Source: an uncultured Flavobacteriaceae bacterium
GTDB lineage: Bacteria > Bacteroidota > Bacteroidia > Flavobacteriales > Flavobacteriaceae
Length of the DNA: 64,000 nucleotides
NCBI GenBank assembly: GCA_913048215.1
Contig: CAJWXC010000001.1
Coordinates: 22,747-86,746 of the forward strand
Reading direction: 5' to 3'
The position numbers were made by a program, and so were the translations under genes. Each line of letters starts with the position of its first letter. Within the stretch, counting starts at the first letter, position 1. This document shows, piece after piece, positions 1 through 9,164 of this stretch. The notes beneath the pieces were generated by a model that saw nothing but the letters and a program-made list of their open reading frames with translations, did not search any database and had not been told where the DNA came from.

Positions 1-420
1 TTTTTGTTTGGTAGTATCAATGGCTACATCAAAAACCTGAACATTGATACTGTCTGAAAGAAAAAATGTGTTGTTAAATATTATTTTTTGCCTAGGTATG
101 ATATACCTGCCAGAATCAAACTGGGTGAGGCCATATTGCTTTCTGTAGTTAATTTTTGAATTGCTGTAGGTGGTATCTGTAGCATAACTTTCTATCACCT
201 CTAGTGGCAGAAAACTTTGCTGGTCAGGAAATACAACTAAATCTATGGAATCTGCCTGAACCTCGAAGGAAATGCGCAACTCTTCTCCAATTTTAATGGA
301 GGTAGTGTCTGCGGTTGTAATTACTTGTGCAGATGCAGAAAAAGCAATAAAAAATAAAAGACACACTACTGGCCAACCTTGTGTATATATTTTGGTGAAT
401 ATGTTAGTTGTTTTTGTCAA
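1..420 (-). CDS. Bat-operon secreted/membrane protein (BatD-like/DUF4381-type), 5' part only; runs off the window edge
   Basis: Not in the ORF track. My translation from TTG at 420 is open to position 1: MTKTTNIF...LFFIAFSASAQVITTADTTSIKIGEE...YGLTQFDSGRYIIP...DTTKQK. It has a signal peptide and directly follows DUF58 as in Bacteroidota bat operons. Confidence 0.75.
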   Translation of the reverse strand, partial: MTKTTNIFTKIYTQGWPVVCLLFFIAFSASAQVITTADTTSIKIGEELRISFEVQADSIDLVVFPDQQSFLPLEVIESYATDTTYSNSKINYRKQYGLTQFDSGRYIIPRQKIIFNNTFFLSDSINVQVFDVAIDTTKQK

Positions 421-425
421 TGGTC

Positions 426-1289
426 TTATCTTGTTTTGAAATACCCTAATAATTTTTTCACGTAACTTTCATCCACCCTGCAGGCTATTGTACCTGCCCC
501 GCTTTTTGCAAACGCATCTTGATAATAGGCTACCCCTTGTTTATGGTAGGCAGCGTAGTGTTCACGGACCCCTTTTGAGGAGGTATCAACCAGTAAGGCT
601 TCACCGGTTTCTTGATCAAGCATTTGTACCATACCTAAATTAGGCATGCTTTGTTCTTTTGGGTCAAACACCCGAATGCCTGTCACATCATGCTTACGGG
701 CAACAATTTTAAGGGTGTCTTTATACCCTTGTGTCATAAAATCTGAAAGCACAAAAACAATGGCTTTTTTCTTAATGACATTACTGAGATATTTAAGCGC
801 CTGACTAAGATCTGTCTTTTTACTACTTGGGGTAAACTCAAGCAATTCTCTAATAATTCTTAAAATGTGTGATTTGCCTTTTTTAGGAGGCACAAACAAC
901 TCTATTTGATCTGTAAATAACAGGATTCCTACCTTGTCATTGTTCTGCATAGCAGAAAAAGCAAGTGTAGCTACAATTTCAGTAATAATCTCGTTTTTAA
1001 ACTGCGCATCGGTACCAAAAAACTCAGAACCACTAATATCTGCCATAAGCATTAAGGTAAGTTCTCGCTCTTCTTCAAAGACCTTGATATGCGGCTGGTT
1101 GTAACGTGCCGTAACATTCCAATCTATATTTCGCACATCATCTCCATATTGGTATTGGCGTACTTCACTGAAAGTCATCCCGCGTCCTTTAAAGGTACTG
1201 TGGTACTCTCCACCAAACACATGATCGCTTAAACGACGTGTTTTGATTTCAATTTTTCGTACTTTCTTTAAAAGCTCTTTAGTATCCAT
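426..1289 (-). CDS. DUF58 family vWA-domain protein (MoxR partner)
   Basis: GEYHSTFKGRGMTFSEVRQYQYGDDVRNIDWNVTAR and EEERELT motifs. Start moved to MDTKELLKK (ATG at 1289). Confidence 0.93.
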   Translation of the reverse strand: MDTKELLKKVRKIEIKTRRLSDHVFGGEYHSTFKGRGMTFSEVRQYQYGDDVRNIDWNVTARYNQPHIKVFEEERELTLMLMADISGSEFFGTDAQFKNEIITEIVATLAFSAMQNNDKVGILLFTDQIELFVPPKKGKSHILRIIRELLEFTPSSKKTDLSQALKYLSNVIKKKAIVFVLSDFMTQGYKDTLKIVARKHDVTGIRVFDPKEQSMPNLGMVQMLDQETGEALLVDTSSKGVREHYAAYHKQGVAYYQDAFAKSGAGTIACRVDESYVKKLLGYFKTR

Positions 1290-1372
1290 GGCGTTGGTGA
1301 GAGGGTGTAATTGGCCTTTTTTAGCCAATTAGCAACAAACAGTTTTTCTACAAATTGTATTTAAAAAATCAG

Positions 1373-2377
1373 TTAGGGTACTTCAATGACATTTACAATC
1401 TTATTGATGATATCTTCTGTTGTTACGTTTTCTGCCTCTGCCTCATAGGTTATCCCTATTCTATGACGAAGCACATCATGAACTACCGCACGAACATCTT
1501 CTGGTACAACATAGCCCCTTCTTTTAATAAAGGCATAGCATTTTGCTGCAACAGCAAGATTGATGCTACCACGAGGAGAGGCGCCGTTATTTATCAGTGG
1601 TTTCAGTTCTGCAAGTTTGTATTGCTCAGGAGTACGAGTAGCAAATATAATGTCTAGAATATATTTTTCTATTTTCTCATCCATGTATACTTCTCTTACG
1701 GCCTCTTGTGCACGCAAAATTTGGGCTACCGTTACTACGGGGTTTATTTTTTCAAACCCGCCCTTTAAGTTTTGACGTATAATTAATTGCTCATCCTCCA
1801 GGGTCGGATATTTAATTACCGTTTTTAACATAAATCGATCTACTTGAGCCTCTGGCAGGGGGTAGGTTCCTTCCTGTTCTATTGGGTTTTGGGTAGCCAT
1901 CACCAAAAACGGTTTGTCTAAAGCAAAAGTAGTATCGCCAATAGTTACTTGCTTTTCTTGCATGGCCTCCAATAGAGCAGATTGCACTTTTGCAGGTGCT
2001 CTATTGATTTCATCCGCCAATACAAAATTGGCAAAAATTGGTCCTTTTTTTATACTAAAATCATTGTCCTTCATGTTGTATATGAGGGTTCCAACTACAT
2101 CTGCAGGCAGCAAATCTGGAGTAAATTGCACCCTACTAAAACTACCTTTTACAGCTTGAGAAAGTGTGTTAATTGCTAGTGTTTTTGCCAAACCAGGTAC
2201 TCCCTCCAATAAAATGTGCCCTTGGCCCAACAGGCCAATAAGCAGGCGTTCAATCATGAGTTTTTGACCCACGATTACTTTGTTCATTTCCATAGTGAGA
2301 ATATCTACAAAAGCGCTTTCTTTCTCAATTTTATCATTCAATGCGCCAATATCTGTGGGCGTAGCTATTTGTTCCAT
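1373..2377 (-). CDS. moxR: MoxR family AAA+ ATPase
   Basis: Walker A GVPGLAKT, RVQFTPDLLPAD, LADEINRAPAKVQSALLEAMQE, EGTYPLPEAQVDRF. Confidence 0.95.
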   Translation of the reverse strand: MEQIATPTDIGALNDKIEKESAFVDILTMEMNKVIVGQKLMIERLLIGLLGQGHILLEGVPGLAKTLAINTLSQAVKGSFSRVQFTPDLLPADVVGTLIYNMKDNDFSIKKGPIFANFVLADEINRAPAKVQSALLEAMQEKQVTIGDTTFALDKPFLVMATQNPIEQEGTYPLPEAQVDRFMLKTVIKYPTLEDEQLIIRQNLKGGFEKINPVVTVAQILRAQEAVREVYMDEKIEKYILDIIFATRTPEQYKLAELKPLINNGASPRGSINLAVAAKCYAFIKRRGYVVPEDVRAVVHDVLRHRIGITYEAEAENVTTEDIINKIVNVIEVP

Positions 2378-2606
2378 AGTCCTATTTTATGTTCTTATAT
2401 TTTTTACTTTATCGCTCTTTTGGTTTTTAGTAGCATTGGTTATGTACCCTAAAGTAGCAAAACCACTCAATACTAAAGACGAAATTTTAACACACAAGTT
2501 ACGTTAAATTTCACTTTTTTTTCTTGGGGCTAAATTAAGATAACTAAGCCTTGCAGTCAAGTTTGTTAATAAAATTTTAAGACTGTTTTTTATCACTTTT
2601 AGCACG

Positions 2607-2614
2607 TACATTTG
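2607..2614 (+). promoter_or_regulatory. Bacteroidota sigma70 -7 box (TAnnTTTG) for the SDR gene
   Basis: TACATTTG exact consensus ~90 nt upstream of the ATG at 2702. Confidence 0.55.
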
Positions 2615-2701
2615 TAGTTATTAATTGCTAAAATATACCCTCTTTTGCGGGAGCGCTTTCTCCCAACAAAATCTAAGGTTATTTTAGTTTTACTCACTAT
2701 T

Positions 2702-3454
2702 ATGAAAAAAACTGCTCTTATTACAGGTGCCACCTCTGGTATTGGACGTGCGACAGCCACCCTATTTGCCCAAAACAACATCAACTTAATTTTGTGTGGA
2801 AGACGCCAAGAGCGCCTTGAAGCTATTGCAAAAGAATTGTCCTCACTCACTAAGGTACATACGCTTTGTTTTGATGTGCGTGATAAAAAGCTAGTGCAAA
2901 AGTTACTTGGCAATCTACCTAAAGGGTTTAATAGTGTTGATATTTTAATTAATAATGCTGGAAATGCACATGGGCTTGATAGCATTGAATCTGGATCAAG
3001 TGATGATTGGGACGCTATGATAGATATCAACGTAAAGGGACTTTTATATGTATCTAAGGCCATTATACCGCAAATGCTTGCAAAAGCAGCTGGTCATATT
3101 ATCAATATCGGATCTACGGCAGGAAAAGAAGTTTATCCAAATGGTAATGTGTATTGCGCTAGTAAACATGCTGTAGATGCTATAAATCAAGGCATGCGTC
3201 TTGATCTTAACGGAAAAGGCATCAAAGTTGGAGCCATTAATCCAGGACTAGTAGAGACAGAATTTAGCGAAGTACGCTTTAAAGGAGATACCAAGCGTGC
3301 ACAAAAGGTTTATAAAAACTTTACCCCGTTGCAACCCCAAGATATTGCAGATGTTATTTACTTTGCTATCACAAGACCCCCTCACGTAAATATTGCAGAT
3401 TTAACCGTGATGTGTCTGGATCAAGCATCCTCAACAATTGTGCATAAGGGGTAA
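2702..3454 (+). CDS. SDR family NAD(P)-dependent oxidoreductase (YdfG-like)
   Basis: TGATSGIG, NNAG and YCASK catalytic motifs. Start moved to MKKTALITG (ATG at 2702). Confidence 0.93.
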   Translation: MKKTALITGATSGIGRATATLFAQNNINLILCGRRQERLEAIAKELSSLTKVHTLCFDVRDKKLVQKLLGNLPKGFNSVDILINNAGNAHGLDSIESGSSDDWDAMIDINVKGLLYVSKAIIPQMLAKAAGHIINIGSTAGKEVYPNGNVYCASKHAVDAINQGMRLDLNGKGIKVGAINPGLVETEFSEVRFKGDTKRAQKVYKNFTPLQPQDIADVIYFAITRPPHVNIADLTVMCLDQASSTIVHKG

Positions 3455-5773
3455 CTACTCTACCACAATCTCATCAATAAATGTCCAAGCTTTATTTCCC
3501 GCCCCTTGAAGACCATCTGGGATACTCCCGAAGCTGGGAACTGAAATTTTAATAAAAGAAGTAGTGCCACTTGCCTTTAAATTTACATCCAAAATTGTTT
3601 GATCTGTAGCAGGTAATTTAATTACAGGCAGGGTCCCAAAATCTGTCTGGACTTCAATGGCTTTGGGAGCATACACCCACTGCCCGTTGGCATTATAAAA
3701 ACGGGTGCTTATTTTAGAAATTTTTGTGGGTTTTGCAAAAGTGATGGTAATCTTTAGATCATCTCCCCAAAAGCCAAGCCACTCTTTATCTCCATAACGG
3801 GTATTACTTCCAGAAACTCCATTGATAAGGGCAGAGCTCCCTCCTGCGCCATAGGCAGGATGAGGCGCTACATTCAAAGAAACACTAGCATTAATTGCCT
3901 TGTGGTAGTGTATGGTGTCTGTAAAGGTTCTTCCAACTTTTTTGCCCTCTTTATACACTTGCCCAGTAATAATTGCATCTTGCGAAATACTAAAGGGTGA
4001 GGTATAGATTTGCTCCTGTGCAGTGTTAAGGCGGTACTTAATTTCTTTGCCTTTGGTTGGCGTGGTAAGTGCATAAGATACTGCGCCTTGTTTTTTTATA
4101 ACCCCTCCTTCCAGATCATAGAGGTGATTGGCGTAGTTAATATTTTTAACATCTAGCCTTTCTAAATACTGTTCTAGCCGGGAAAGGAAATTGGTGTAAT
4201 CTTCTTCTATATTTTTAGCAGCCCCAGACCAAATAACCTCACTCATGGCTACTATTCTTGGAAATACCATATACTCCACTTGCTCTTTGGTAGCCATGTA
4301 TTCTGTCCAAACATTCCCTTGAGCGCCTAAGACATGAGAGGCGGCATCTGTATTTTGTAACACTTGAGGAATGGGGTTAAAGCCAAACACCTTTTTTAAA
4401 GGCAGGTATCCTCCAATGGCTGTAGGTTCCTGCTCATAAGTGGCTTGGTAGTAATCAAAATAGGTATGTGAGGTTGGCGTTAAAATCACATCATGCCCCT
4501 GTTTTGCTGCATCAATTGCTCCTTGGGTTCCTCGCCAAGACATCACCGTTGCATTTGGAGCCAGTCCACCCTCTAAAATTTCATCCCAGCCAATAATTTT
4601 CTTGCCCTTAGCATTTATATGTTTTTCTATTTCTGTTATAAAATAGCTTTGCAAACCGTGGGCATCTTCTAATTTTTGTTCTTTAATGAGTTGTTGGCAA
4701 TGGGTACACTTTTTCCAATTTGTTTTTGGCGCTTCATCACCTCCAATATGAATATACTGGCCAGGAAACAATTCCATCACCTCATCTAGTGTATTTTTAA
4801 GAAAAGTAAAGGTCTCTGGCTTTGGGCAATAGATGTTTTCAAAAACTCCCCATTTTGTGGCAACAGGAACCTGCTGTGATGTGCAACCCAGAGAGGGATA
4901 GGCAGATATGGCGGCTTGAGCATGACCAGGGAGTTCAATTTCTGGAATTATAGTTACGTGATGGTCTTCGGCAAAGGCAACAATTTCTTTAACTTCTTGT
5001 TGGGTGTAAAACCCTCCATAGGGTTTGCCGTCAAAGCGTTGAGGAGTGTCGTTATAATGTCCTATTAGGGTTTCTTTCCTGTAGGCTCCTTTGCGGGTAA
5101 GATCTGGATATTGTTTTATTTCAATACGCCATCCTTGATCATCTGTTAGATGCCAATGAAAGGTGTTTATTTTTAATGCCGCCAACCAAGCAATGTACTG
5201 TTTGATAAATTCTTTGGGAAAGTAATGACGAGAGACGTCAAGATGCATCCCGCGGTATGAAAACATTGGGGCGTCTTTAATCTCCATACAAGCAATAGAT
5301 ATGGTATCAATCAAAGAGGGGTTTGGTAGTTCTAACTCTGGAGGGAGTATCTGGCGTAAACTCTGAACTGCATAAAAAGCGCCTGCGCCGTCTGAGGCTT
5401 TAATAGTAATTTGCTGTTTAGAAATACGAAGAGTATACCCCTCTTTTTGCAACAAGGTGTCTTTTACCATTACAATACTTGCAGCCGCTTTATTGGAAGA
5501 AACAATATCAATTCCAGCCCCTTTTTCAAGGTATACTTTTAAAAAGTTTGCGGCTGTTTTAAATTCTGGAATTGCAAAAAGTGTGCTGGTCTTAGATAAA
5601 GTGAAGTAGCCAATCCCTTTTTCAAGTTGTTGAGGGGCTGGAATAATAGCTGCCTGGTTAACAACAAGTTGTTTGCCTTTATTTGGGGTGCAACTACTAG
5701 TTAAAACAAAAAGCCCTAAAAGTAAAAGTAAGGTGAGGCTATAAAAACGACTTGGTTTTGTACTATAGTGCAT
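3455..5773 (-). CDS. Beta-N-acetylhexosaminidase, GH20, lipoprotein
   Basis: YRGMHLDVSRH, FHWHLTDDQGWR, IHIGGDEA catalytic DE pair; lipobox LTSSC. Confidence 0.93.
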   Translation of the reverse strand: MHYSTKPSRFYSLTLLLLLGLFVLTSSCTPNKGKQLVVNQAAIIPAPQQLEKGIGYFTLSKTSTLFAIPEFKTAANFLKVYLEKGAGIDIVSSNKAAASIVMVKDTLLQKEGYTLRISKQQITIKASDGAGAFYAVQSLRQILPPELELPNPSLIDTISIACMEIKDAPMFSYRGMHLDVSRHYFPKEFIKQYIAWLAALKINTFHWHLTDDQGWRIEIKQYPDLTRKGAYRKETLIGHYNDTPQRFDGKPYGGFYTQQEVKEIVAFAEDHHVTIIPEIELPGHAQAAISAYPSLGCTSQQVPVATKWGVFENIYCPKPETFTFLKNTLDEVMELFPGQYIHIGGDEAPKTNWKKCTHCQQLIKEQKLEDAHGLQSYFITEIEKHINAKGKKIIGWDEILEGGLAPNATVMSWRGTQGAIDAAKQGHDVILTPTSHTYFDYYQATYEQEPTAIGGYLPLKKVFGFNPIPQVLQNTDAASHVLGAQGNVWTEYMATKEQVEYMVFPRIVAMSEVIWSGAAKNIEEDYTNFLSRLEQYLERLDVKNINYANHLYDLEGGVIKKQGAVSYALTTPTKGKEIKYRLNTAQEQIYTSPFSISQDAIITGQVYKEGKKVGRTFTDTIHYHKAINASVSLNVAPHPAYGAGGSSALINGVSGSNTRYGDKEWLGFWGDDLKITITFAKPTKISKISTRFYNANGQWVYAPKAIEVQTDFGTLPVIKLPATDQTILDVNLKASGTTSFIKISVPSFGSIPDGLQGAGNKAWTFIDEIVVE

Positions 5774-8243
5774 TTAAGGTTTTGTATTGTAGCATTGTGG
5801 ATTGGGGCTCCTTGGTTTCAAAAATGATTTTCTTTTCCTGACCAGGCAACAAATCAAAAAAGTTGTCTGTAAAATGTCCCGGGGTATTTGTATATAAAAA
5901 TACATTTTTTTGCAGGGTTGTAGCCTTGAGTGAAATTTCAATTCCTTGGGAGACTGTGTTGGTTTTAATCTCAAAACCCTCCATGGGTAGTCTTAAATCT
6001 TTGGGTTTTTTAAAATAATGTATCTCTTGGATAGCTCCAAATAGTACCTTGGCATAGGTTTGTTTTGGGTCAAAATTAATCTCTCTTAAATCTACTTGAT
6101 AGACTACTTGATTCTTTTCATTAAAGGTGCGTACAGATCTTGTAGGGGTTTGGTGCAAGAGATTTCCGCTAAAATCATAAAATAAAACTTGCATGGGAGC
6201 CTTTAGAGTTTCAGGACCATCATCTACAACTTTTATTTTTAAAAAATTGTTTTGCTCAAAAGGCACAATAATTCTATTTTCAAAAGCTTGTTTTACCTTG
6301 TAATGAAGCGCTTTCCAATTGCCTAGCCCATCTATGCTTGACCAAGAAACTGCCGGCCAGCAATCATTGAGTTGCCAGTACAAGCTTCCCATATTGTAAG
6401 GTTTTGCTGCACGGTGCGCTTTGATGCCTTTGGTTATTCCGTAGGCCTGCAAGAGTTGGCTCACGTATATATAATCTTCCGGGTTTGTTGGCACTGGAAA
6501 ATCTCTTTTCATGTACTGCTCAATGATTGCAAAACCTCTTGAATGCTTTTGATGGCTCTCAAAACTTGGATGTGAAAGATCTAAACTATCCTCTTGGGTG
6601 AAATACTTTATTGCCTGATATCCAGGAAATGATTGAAATCCAAATTCACTCATAAATCTAGGTACTTCCTGCTCAAAATGTTCAAAGGGGTACCCATCAT
6701 GCCAAACCCACCAATCATGGGCATCTCCTTGAAATTGGTATCTTTTGTCACCTCTGCCAAACTTAGGAGAACTCTCCCAATATGAAATATTACCGTGTAA
6801 ACTATCGACAACTTTGGGTAAAATACCATTAAACACTGCTTGGTAACTGTTCCAAATCTCTTGTTTTTGAGCTTGGGTTTTATCTGCTTGCCAGCCCCAC
6901 CTGTGCCAACCTTCGCTGTTTTCATTATTGCCACAATAAAGTGCTATACTTGGGTGTTGCCTTAGTCGTTTTACATTAGCAATGGCCTCCTTTTTAACAT
7001 TGTTTAAAAATTGTTTGTCTCCAGGATACATCGCGCAAGCAAACATAAAATCTTGCCAGACTAAGATTCCTTTTTCATCGCATAACTCATAAAACAAATC
7101 ATCTTCATACACCCCCCCACCCCACACGCGGAGCATATTCATGTTTGCCTTGAGAACATCGTTGAGTAATTTCTCGCGCTCCTTGGGCTGCACCTGAGAG
7201 AGAAATATATTTTGTGGAATATAATTTGCGCCTTTCATATAGATTGGTTTCCCGTTGAGTTTAAAATAAAAACCTTCTCCAAGGGTGTCTTTTTCTGTGA
7301 CAAGTTGTATGGTTCTTAGGCCTACTTTTTTATGGAGGGTTTCTAGAATTGTGTTGTCTTTTTTAAGGTGTATTGTAAAATCATACAAAAAGGGGGTGCC
7401 AAGGTTGTGTGTCCACCAGAGTTTTGGGTTTTTTATAGAAAACCCAATGCTATACTTTTTTGTGCCTTTATCTAATGCTATGCCTTGAGTATGAATTTCT
7501 CCTGTGGTGTTATTTATAACCTCTATAACACAGCTAGAATCTGCCACAAAAGACATCACCTCAATATTTGCCTCTACCAATGCCTGGGAATTGGTTATTT
7601 CTTGGGTTTTAATATAAACATCTTCAAGTCTAGCGTCAGTGTAAGAGACTAAGGACACATCACGCCAAATCCCCATGGTTTTAATCTTTGGACCCCAATC
7701 CCAACCGTACTGAAATTGTGGTTTGCGAGAAAACACTCTTGGACCCTCTGGGAGGGTGTATCCCAAGTTTAAAGCGGCCCTTGCCTCTATAGCATCAGGG
7801 CTATAGAGTATGACTTGTAAACTATTTTTTGGTTGTAATATTTCGGTTACATTGAACTCATAAGGGCTAAATGCATTGTCAGTTTGTGAGATAACATGCC
7901 CATTTAATACCACTTTTGCATACGTGTCTAAGCCGTCAAATTTTAGAACATGCTGCTTGGTTTTTAAAACAGAAGGAGCTATAGCAAAGGATTTTTGATA
8001 CCTCCAATTTTTTTCTGAAACCCATTGAATACTATCTTGATTATTTAATAAAAAAGGATCTGGAATTTTTCCTAGCCTTAGTAGGTCTGACTGAACGCTA
8101 CCTGGTACTTGTGCTAATTGCCAAGCTTGAGCGTCTAATTCTTCAAATTGCCAATCATTGCCATTTAACAAGCGTGTTTGATTTGGCGATTGCCCACAGG
8201 TAACAAATAATACTGTAAGTAGCAGTAAAAATGGAATTCTCAT
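5763..8243 (-). CDS. Beta-mannosidase, GH2
   Basis: GWDWGP, KGANYIP, MLRVWGGG, GNNE, RFMSEFGFQS, YWQLNDCWP motifs; possible lipobox FVTC. Confidence 0.92.
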   Translation of the reverse strand: MRIPFLLLLTVLFVTCGQSPNQTRLLNGNDWQFEELDAQAWQLAQVPGSVQSDLLRLGKIPDPFLLNNQDSIQWVSEKNWRYQKSFAIAPSVLKTKQHVLKFDGLDTYAKVVLNGHVISQTDNAFSPYEFNVTEILQPKNSLQVILYSPDAIEARAALNLGYTLPEGPRVFSRKPQFQYGWDWGPKIKTMGIWRDVSLVSYTDARLEDVYIKTQEITNSQALVEANIEVMSFVADSSCVIEVINNTTGEIHTQGIALDKGTKKYSIGFSIKNPKLWWTHNLGTPFLYDFTIHLKKDNTILETLHKKVGLRTIQLVTEKDTLGEGFYFKLNGKPIYMKGANYIPQNIFLSQVQPKEREKLLNDVLKANMNMLRVWGGGVYEDDLFYELCDEKGILVWQDFMFACAMYPGDKQFLNNVKKEAIANVKRLRQHPSIALYCGNNENSEGWHRWGWQADKTQAQKQEIWNSYQAVFNGILPKVVDSLHGNISYWESSPKFGRGDKRYQFQGDAHDWWVWHDGYPFEHFEQEVPRFMSEFGFQSFPGYQAIKYFTQEDSLDLSHPSFESHQKHSRGFAIIEQYMKRDFPVPTNPEDYIYVSQLLQAYGITKGIKAHRAAKPYNMGSLYWQLNDCWPAVSWSSIDGLGNWKALHYKVKQAFENRIIVPFEQNNFLKIKVVDDGPETLKAPMQVLFYDFSGNLLHQTPTRSVRTFNEKNQVVYQVDLREINFDPKQTYAKVLFGAIQEIHYFKKPKDLRLPMEGFEIKTNTVSQGIEISLKATTLQKNVFLYTNTPGHFTDNFFDLLPGQEKKIIFETKEPQSTMLQYKTLNAL

Positions 8244-8391
8244 GCTACTAAAATAAGCATCTTATTTACTATACTGTAAGATAGTGGACTATATAGATCA
8301 AAATTTCAAATAAAAAATGATGCATTTCATCGATTTTTTTGTTTGAGAAGGTAACAATTGACGTTTTTGTCTAATTTTTTAGTCAAAAAAT

Positions 8392-8425
8392 ACGATAAAA
8401 AGCATAAAAAGAACGATAAAAAGCA
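8392..8425. repeat. 13-bp direct repeat ACGATAAAAAGCA x2 with a 21-bp period; candidate transcription-factor site
   Basis: Exact copies at 8392-8404 and 8413-8425 in the divergent GH2/CAP intergenic region. Confidence 0.7.
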
Positions 8426-8596
8426 CAAAAAATAGAAAATATTCATTTTTTTTAATTTTTAATTTTTATACTACAAACGCTTTATATATAGGGGTTTTGG
8501 GGTTTATTTTGATTTCATGTGCTACAAATAAACCTCAATAAAATCGATAAAGTGAGTAAAATATCAGTTAAAGTGTTTTTGTATTACATAAAGTTT

Positions 8597-8604
8597 TATA
8601 TTTG
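8597..8604 (+). promoter_or_regulatory. -7 promoter box for the CAP gene
   Basis: TATATTTG matches TAnnTTTG and lies 36 nt before the ATG at 8641. Confidence 0.6.
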
Positions 8605-8640
8605 AATCATCATCATGCCCCAAATTTGATGACCCCTATT

Positions 8641-9144
8641 ATGAAACCATTAAGACTTAGCCTACTTGCTATGGTATTTTTGTTGTCATTTACTTCCTGT
8701 ACCACTGAAGACATGGCCTCAGAAATAATTGAAGATTACACTATTGACCTAAATCTTGCAAAAGAAACAAACTGGGAGATAGCAGAACAAATCATATACT
8801 ACATTAACCAGCACAGAACTTCTATAGGGTTAAACCCCATTGAGGCAGACCAACAACATGCCTCAGCGTATGCTGTAGAACATACAAAATATATGATTGC
8901 TGTTGAAAACATGAACCATGATAATTTCTATTACCGAGAGCAAGCACTTACCTACCAGGGTGCACAAAGAGTGGGAGAGAACGTGGCTTTTGGTTACCAG
9001 GACGGACAAAGTGTTGTCAGAGCCTGGCTAAATAGCCCAAGTCATAAAAGAAATATAGAAGGTGATTACACACACTCTGGGTTTGGCATCATGCAAAACT
9101 CAAACGGAAGTTATTACTTTACTCAATTATTTTATAAAAACTAA
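8641..9144 (+). CDS. CAP (SCP/Tpx-1/Ag5/PR-1) domain lipoprotein
   Basis: INQHR, GENVAFG, WLNSPSHKRNI, YYFTQLF motifs; lipobox FTSC. Start set at MKPLR, downstream of the promoter box. Confidence 0.9.
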   Translation: MKPLRLSLLAMVFLLSFTSCTTEDMASEIIEDYTIDLNLAKETNWEIAEQIIYYINQHRTSIGLNPIEADQQHASAYAVEHTKYMIAVENMNHDNFYYREQALTYQGAQRVGENVAFGYQDGQSVVRAWLNSPSHKRNIEGDYTHSGFGIMQNSNGSYYFTQLFYKN

Positions 9145-9164
9145 CACCTACTTATTGTTTGTTT

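Noticed and set aside
1355-2507. Short plus-strand ORFs overlapping moxR, and similar short antisense or alternate-frame ORFs across the track (e.g. 45633-46031, 47769-48311, 62207-62626)
   Set aside because: Shadow ORFs of well-conserved genes with no motifs of their own.
2599-3063. 154-aa antisense ORF over the SDR gene
   Set aside because: It lies opposite a clear SDR coding sequence and has no independent evidence.
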